From Bacteroidota bacterium (GTDB taxonomy: Bacteria > Bacteroidota > Bacteroidia > NS11-12g > UBA955): a DNA stretch of 64,000 nucleotides. The notes beneath the pieces are model-generated. The model saw only the letters and a program-made list of their open reading frames with translations, ran no database searches and was not told the DNA's origin. Where the stretch lies: positions 17,798 to 81,797 of the forward strand of contig SYIL01000030.1 of the NCBI GenBank assembly GCA_005798825.1, in the 5' to 3' direction. Both the position numbers and the translations under genes were made by a program. Below, one piece after another: positions 60,386 to 64,000 of this stretch (the first letter of the stretch is position 1; every line of letters starts with the position of its first letter).

Positions 60386-60575
60386 TATATTTCGATTCGG
60401 CCACCAAGGTATACTTCTTCACCAAACATTTCTATTTCCTGAGGTATAGTCAAGATTTCAAAGGTAGTAAATCGCATTCTCGTTCAATGAACTTGTATGG
60501 CGACTTTCATTTAGTTTTAAATGACAATTGTGCAGTAGATTCTCTGCTCTGTATATCGGATAAACCGGTTTGCTC

Positions 60576-61481
60576 TTATTTAAGATCCAATAAGGATGAA
60601 CCCATTTTATAACCATCTGAATATATTTCTACGGTATATTTTCCGGTTTTGAGTTGTGCAGTGGGCTTCCAAACAGTGGGTTGGACGCTTGTGGTTGTAT
60701 TTTCAAAAACCGAGCTGATTTTATAGGTGTATTTACTCGATTTTCCGTCAATATCAAACGTTCCTCCTTGGCCACTATTTGCCAAAGTTATTCCCTCAGG
60801 TCCAGTAATTTTGATATACATGGTTTTATCACCCGCCAAAGCCACGGGGTTTTCATTGATGCTGAAACTAATTCTAAAAGCTTCTACAGACGTCGCTTTC
60901 AGGGTTCCAGTTTCTTTTCCAGTGAGCCATTTTTTCTTAAGAGTTTCGATTTTAACGGCACTGGCTTGTAAACGAGAAGCCAAGGCAATGAGTTTTGTTT
61001 TCTCTGCAGACAATTGGGTATTGTTGGTATTGAGGTTTGCATTTTGGTTTTCTAGAATGGTGTTCTTTGCTGCGAGTTCTTTATTTTCAGCCTCCAATTT
61101 TGCCAAGCGAGAAGTAAATTCTTCCAGTTGTGATGTTAAAGCATTGATGGATGATTGGCTGGTGGCCTTGTTTGTTTTTAACTCAGATACCAATTTGGCT
61201 ATTTCTTTTTTTCTTCCTATTAAGTCCTCAGAAAGAATTAAATTGTCTCCCGCAAGTGCCAGACTGTCTTGTTTGTATTGCTCCAGTAGAACTTCTGCTT
61301 TTGACAATGCTTCTTCTTTGCCTTTTAATGCAACCTCTGCCTCAGTCTTGGCTTTTTCAGTAAGATCTTGTTTGTTGCTAACATTGTTTAATAAATAAAG
61401 TAACACCAATACAATCAAAACCAACATGGCCACGATAGTGTATAAGAGACTTTTTTTGCTAGATTTGGATTCGTTTTCCAT
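60576..61481 (-). CDS. Single-TM coiled-coil protein with a C-terminal beta-rich domain (hypothetical)
   Basis: One N-terminal TM helix, heptad-rich Leu/Glu/Lys region, C-terminal YIKITGPEG...GKYTVEIYSDGY. Confidence 0.8.
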   Translation of the reverse strand: MENESKSSKKSLLYTIVAMLVLIVLVLLYLLNNVSNKQDLTEKAKTEAEVALKGKEEALSKAEVLLEQYKQDSLALAGDNLILSEDLIGRKKEIAKLVSELKTNKATSQSSINALTSQLEEFTSRLAKLEAENKELAAKNTILENQNANLNTNNTQLSAEKTKLIALASRLQASAVKIETLKKKWLTGKETGTLKATSVEAFRISFSINENPVALAGDKTMYIKITGPEGITLANSGQGGTFDIDGKSSKYTYKISSVFENTTTSVQPTVWKPTAQLKTGKYTVEIYSDGYKMGSSLLDLK

Positions 61482-61520
61482 ATTTTTTTAGTTATAAAAA
61501 ATAAACTTACACAATTAAAA

Positions 61521-61536
61521 TACAAATTTCTTGCCA
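61521..61536 (-). promoter_or_regulatory. Candidate sigma54-like promoter upstream of the coiled-coil gene
   Basis: TGGCAAGAAATTTGTA (GG-N10-GT); shares TGGCAAGA with the secA box. Confidence 0.35.
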
Positions 61537-61570
61537 AAACGAATTTTAGAGTGGTGATTTGTATCCAATT

Positions 61571-62113
61571 ATGCAGATTAACGAGTTATTGCCGAATTTA
61601 TTGCTTATTAAGCCCACGATTTTCGAGGATCACCGTGGACATTTTTTCGAAAATTTTCGAGAAGACGTTCTTTCAGAGTTTGGGGTAAATGATGTTTTTA
61701 TTCAAGACAACCAAAGTTTATCCCACCGCGGAATTTTAAGGGGTTTGCATTTTCAGAGAAATCCGCATGCCCAAGGAAAACTAGTTCGCGTTATTACCGG
61801 AGCTGTATTGGATGTGGCTTTGGATATCCGAAGAGACTCTTCAACTTACGGCCAGTTTGTGGCGATTGAATTGAGTGCGGAAAATAAGCTTACCTTGTAT
61901 GTTCCTCCGGGTTTTGCGCATGGCTTCGCGACTTTACAAAACGATACAATTTTTACATACAAATGCTCTCAATATTACAACCCTTTGAGCGAGGGTGGAG
62001 TGTTGTGGAATAGCCCATCATTGGCGATACCCTGGCAACTCGAAAATCCCATTTTGTCCTATAAAGATTCACAGTTACCCGATTTTTCCGATTTTGTTAG
62101 TCCATTTCATTAA
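61571..62113 (+). CDS. rfbC: dTDP-4-dehydrorhamnose 3,5-epimerase; start revised to ATG 61571
   Basis: D.RG.F.E, QDNQSLS..GILRGLHFQ, QGKLVRV, PGFAHGF, YKC. Confidence 0.96.
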   Translation: MQINELLPNLLLIKPTIFEDHRGHFFENFREDVLSEFGVNDVFIQDNQSLSHRGILRGLHFQRNPHAQGKLVRVITGAVLDVALDIRRDSSTYGQFVAIELSAENKLTLYVPPGFAHGFATLQNDTIFTYKCSQYYNPLSEGGVLWNSPSLAIPWQLENPILSYKDSQLPDFSDFVSPFH

Positions 62114-62140
62114 TTTTAAAAATACCCCATCAACCAACGT

Positions 62141-63091
62141 ATGTCAGACCAAGAGAAAACAAAATTCCTTATAGAACAACTCACAGCCAAATTTGCAATC
62201 GATGGACAGAATGTGAATGATTACCTTGAAGGGGTTTTACATGCCAACTATGAACCTTATTGGAGATACATTGCCCTAGATGCGTTGTTGGGATTGCAGC
62301 AACCCAAAACAGATATTCCGGATGAGATGGTATTTATTACCTACCACCAAATTACGGAATTATATTTCAAACTTATTCTTCACGAACTCAATCAAATAAG
62401 GGATGACGCTATGGATACTGATTGTTTTGTTGATAAAATTATACGAATTAGGAGATACCTCAACAACCTGATAGCAAGCTTTGATATCATGATTGATGGG
62501 ATGGAAAAAGAGCAATTTCTCAAATTTAGAATGGCGCTTTTACCAGCAAGTGGATTTCAGAGTGTCCAGTTTAGAATGATAGAGATGGCATTTACAGATA
62601 TGAAAAATCTTGTAGTTCAGACAAAACGTGAGGGTATTGTCAATGCTTCATTGGAAGAGCAATACAATGTAATTTATTGGAAACAGGGAGCAATGGATAT
62701 GGCCAATGACAAAAAAACGCTCACATTGACTCAGTTTGAGAAACATTACCAAAAGGAGTTACTTGCATGGGCTAAGGCTTGTCAAACCTGCAATCTGTAT
62801 CAGATCGTCCAAAAAATGATTGCAAATGGAACATTAAGCGAAAAATTGAAATCGGAACTTCGATTGTTGGATACATGTCTCAATGTAAATTGGCGACTTT
62901 CTCATTATCGATCTGCGGTTCGATATCTTTCCAATGGCAACAATAACTCAGATGTTCGCGGCACTGGTGGAACCAATTGGCAGAAATTTTTGCCACCCAA
63001 ATTTCAAAAAATAGTGTCTTTCCCTGAATTATGGAATGATCATGAATTGGCTGAATGGGGAAAGTCTTGGGTTGACGAGCAAATAGGATAA
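62141..63091 (+). CDS. Tryptophan 2,3-dioxygenase family protein
   Basis: YW.YI.LD.LL.LQ, DEMVFITYHQITELYFK, PASGFQSVQFR.IE, WR..H, GTGG. Confidence 0.88.
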   Translation: MSDQEKTKFLIEQLTAKFAIDGQNVNDYLEGVLHANYEPYWRYIALDALLGLQQPKTDIPDEMVFITYHQITELYFKLILHELNQIRDDAMDTDCFVDKIIRIRRYLNNLIASFDIMIDGMEKEQFLKFRMALLPASGFQSVQFRMIEMAFTDMKNLVVQTKREGIVNASLEEQYNVIYWKQGAMDMANDKKTLTLTQFEKHYQKELLAWAKACQTCNLYQIVQKMIANGTLSEKLKSELRLLDTCLNVNWRLSHYRSAVRYLSNGNNNSDVRGTGGTNWQKFLPPKFQKIVSFPELWNDHELAEWGKSWVDEQIG

Positions 63092-63106
63092 ATAAAGAAA
63101 AAGAGG

Positions 63107-63442
63107 ATGGCAAATATTACTTTACTGGAAGCCCAAGAAGAAGTAGATCGCTGGATTAAAACCATTGGGGTTCGGTATTTTTCTGAACTTACCAATACGG
63201 CTGTATTGATGGAGGAAGTAGGTGAATTGGCTCGATTGATGGCTCGAAAATATGGAGATCAATCGTTTAAGACCGGAGAAAATGATGAAAATATGGGTGA
63301 TGAAATGGCAGATGTTTTATTTGTATTAATTTGTTTGGCGAACCAAACCGGTATCGATTTAACAACAGCATTTCAACGAAATATAGCGAAAAAAAACCAC
63401 CGAGACGCTTCACGACACAAAGACAATCCTAAGTTGGCTTAA
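63107..63442 (+). CDS. MazG-like nucleotide pyrophosphohydrolase (YpjD family)
   Basis: YFSELTN.A.LMEEVGELAR...YG.QSFK, DEMADVLFVLICLANQ. Confidence 0.92.
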   Translation: MANITLLEAQEEVDRWIKTIGVRYFSELTNTAVLMEEVGELARLMARKYGDQSFKTGENDENMGDEMADVLFVLICLANQTGIDLTTAFQRNIAKKNHRDASRHKDNPKLA

Positions 63443-63521
63443 ATGTTTTCGGTTTATTTGTCTGAAAAGGGACGGGAACAGACAAACAACGCTTGTATTT
63501 AATCATTAACTTTGCATTGTT

Positions 63522-64000
63522 TTGTCAAATTCAAGTATTAGTTCTCGTAAGCAAGACCATATTCAATTGGCTTTTGAATCTCAATCGAAAGATGTAGATG
63601 ATCGTTTTTATTATGAACCCATGCTCTCGCCTCATCCCGTTGAAGGCGTTATACCGATTGTTGTCATAGCAAATATACCCATGCAAGCACCCATTTGGAT
63701 TAGTAGTATGACGGGTGGATCAGTTTTAGCGGGTAAAATAAACCAATTGCTGGCTGAAGTCTGTAAAGAATTTGGTTTGGGAATGGGTTTGGGATCTTGT
63801 AGGCCAGTTTTGGAAAATTCGAGATATATCTCTGATTTTCACATTCGAAAATATATCGGAAATCAGCCTTTGTTTGCAAATATTGGCATTGCACAAATAG
63901 AGGAACTCATTCATAAAGGCAGGTTTTCAGCATTGGTAGACATGGTAAATCGACTGGAGGCGAATGGGTTGATTGTCCATATTAATCCCCTTCAAGAATG
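63522..64000 (+). CDS. fni: Type 2 (FMN-dependent) isopentenyl-diphosphate delta-isomerase, partial (runs off the window end)
   Basis: From TTG: SRKQDHI...APIWISSMTGG...GMGLGSCR...ANIG...HINPLQE; -7 box TAACTTTG at 63507-63514. Not in the ORF track. Confidence 0.9.
   Translation, partial: MSNSSISSRKQDHIQLAFESQSKDVDDRFYYEPMLSPHPVEGVIPIVVIANIPMQAPIWISSMTGGSVLAGKINQLLAEVCKEFGLGMGLGSCRPVLENSRYISDFHIRKYIGNQPLFANIGIAQIEELIHKGRFSALVDMVNRLEANGLIVHINPLQE

Noticed and set aside
60727..61398. 223-aa plus-strand ORF
   Set aside because: It is the antisense shadow of the coiled-coil gene and has no recognisable motifs.

Overview
This is a core-genome window from an AT-rich Bacteroidota bacterium. The phylum is supported by TAnnTTTG -7 promoters, T9SS C-terminal sorting domains and DUF4271/DUF3078/DUF5522-type genes. 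It holds about 48 CDS, mostly housekeeping: panB tail, fsa/tal, queD-folE, gdhA-psd, a split metH N-half, Leu dehydrogenase, recJ, three-gene pnt, pyrD, purH, secA, hemW/hemD, ytxJ, smpB, menD, lpdA, prfC, typA, recQ, lolD, sucC, rfbC, a TDO-family gene, a MazG-like gene and a partial type-2 IDI. There is also tRNA-His(GUG), two small surface-glycan clusters, two T9SS cargo proteins, a TonB-dependent receptor and a large TPR protein. I found no integrase, transposase, phage gene, CRISPR array, riboswitch or recognisable defence system, and I cannot support a clearly new multi-gene system. The most unusual observations are small-scale: (1) three back-to-back perfect C(GNA)G-triloop hairpins inside a GC-rich, insertion-bearing menD; (2) many start codons only 4-7 nt after the -7 promoter box, suggesting near-leaderless mRNAs; (3) sigma54-like -24/-12 boxes before secA and an uncharacterised coiled-coil gene; (4) an unannotated 41-aa lipoprotein and an exported Cys-rich mini-protein; (5) recurrent tandem duplications and in-frame linker insertions. 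All family assignments come from motif recognition by eye, not database searches.
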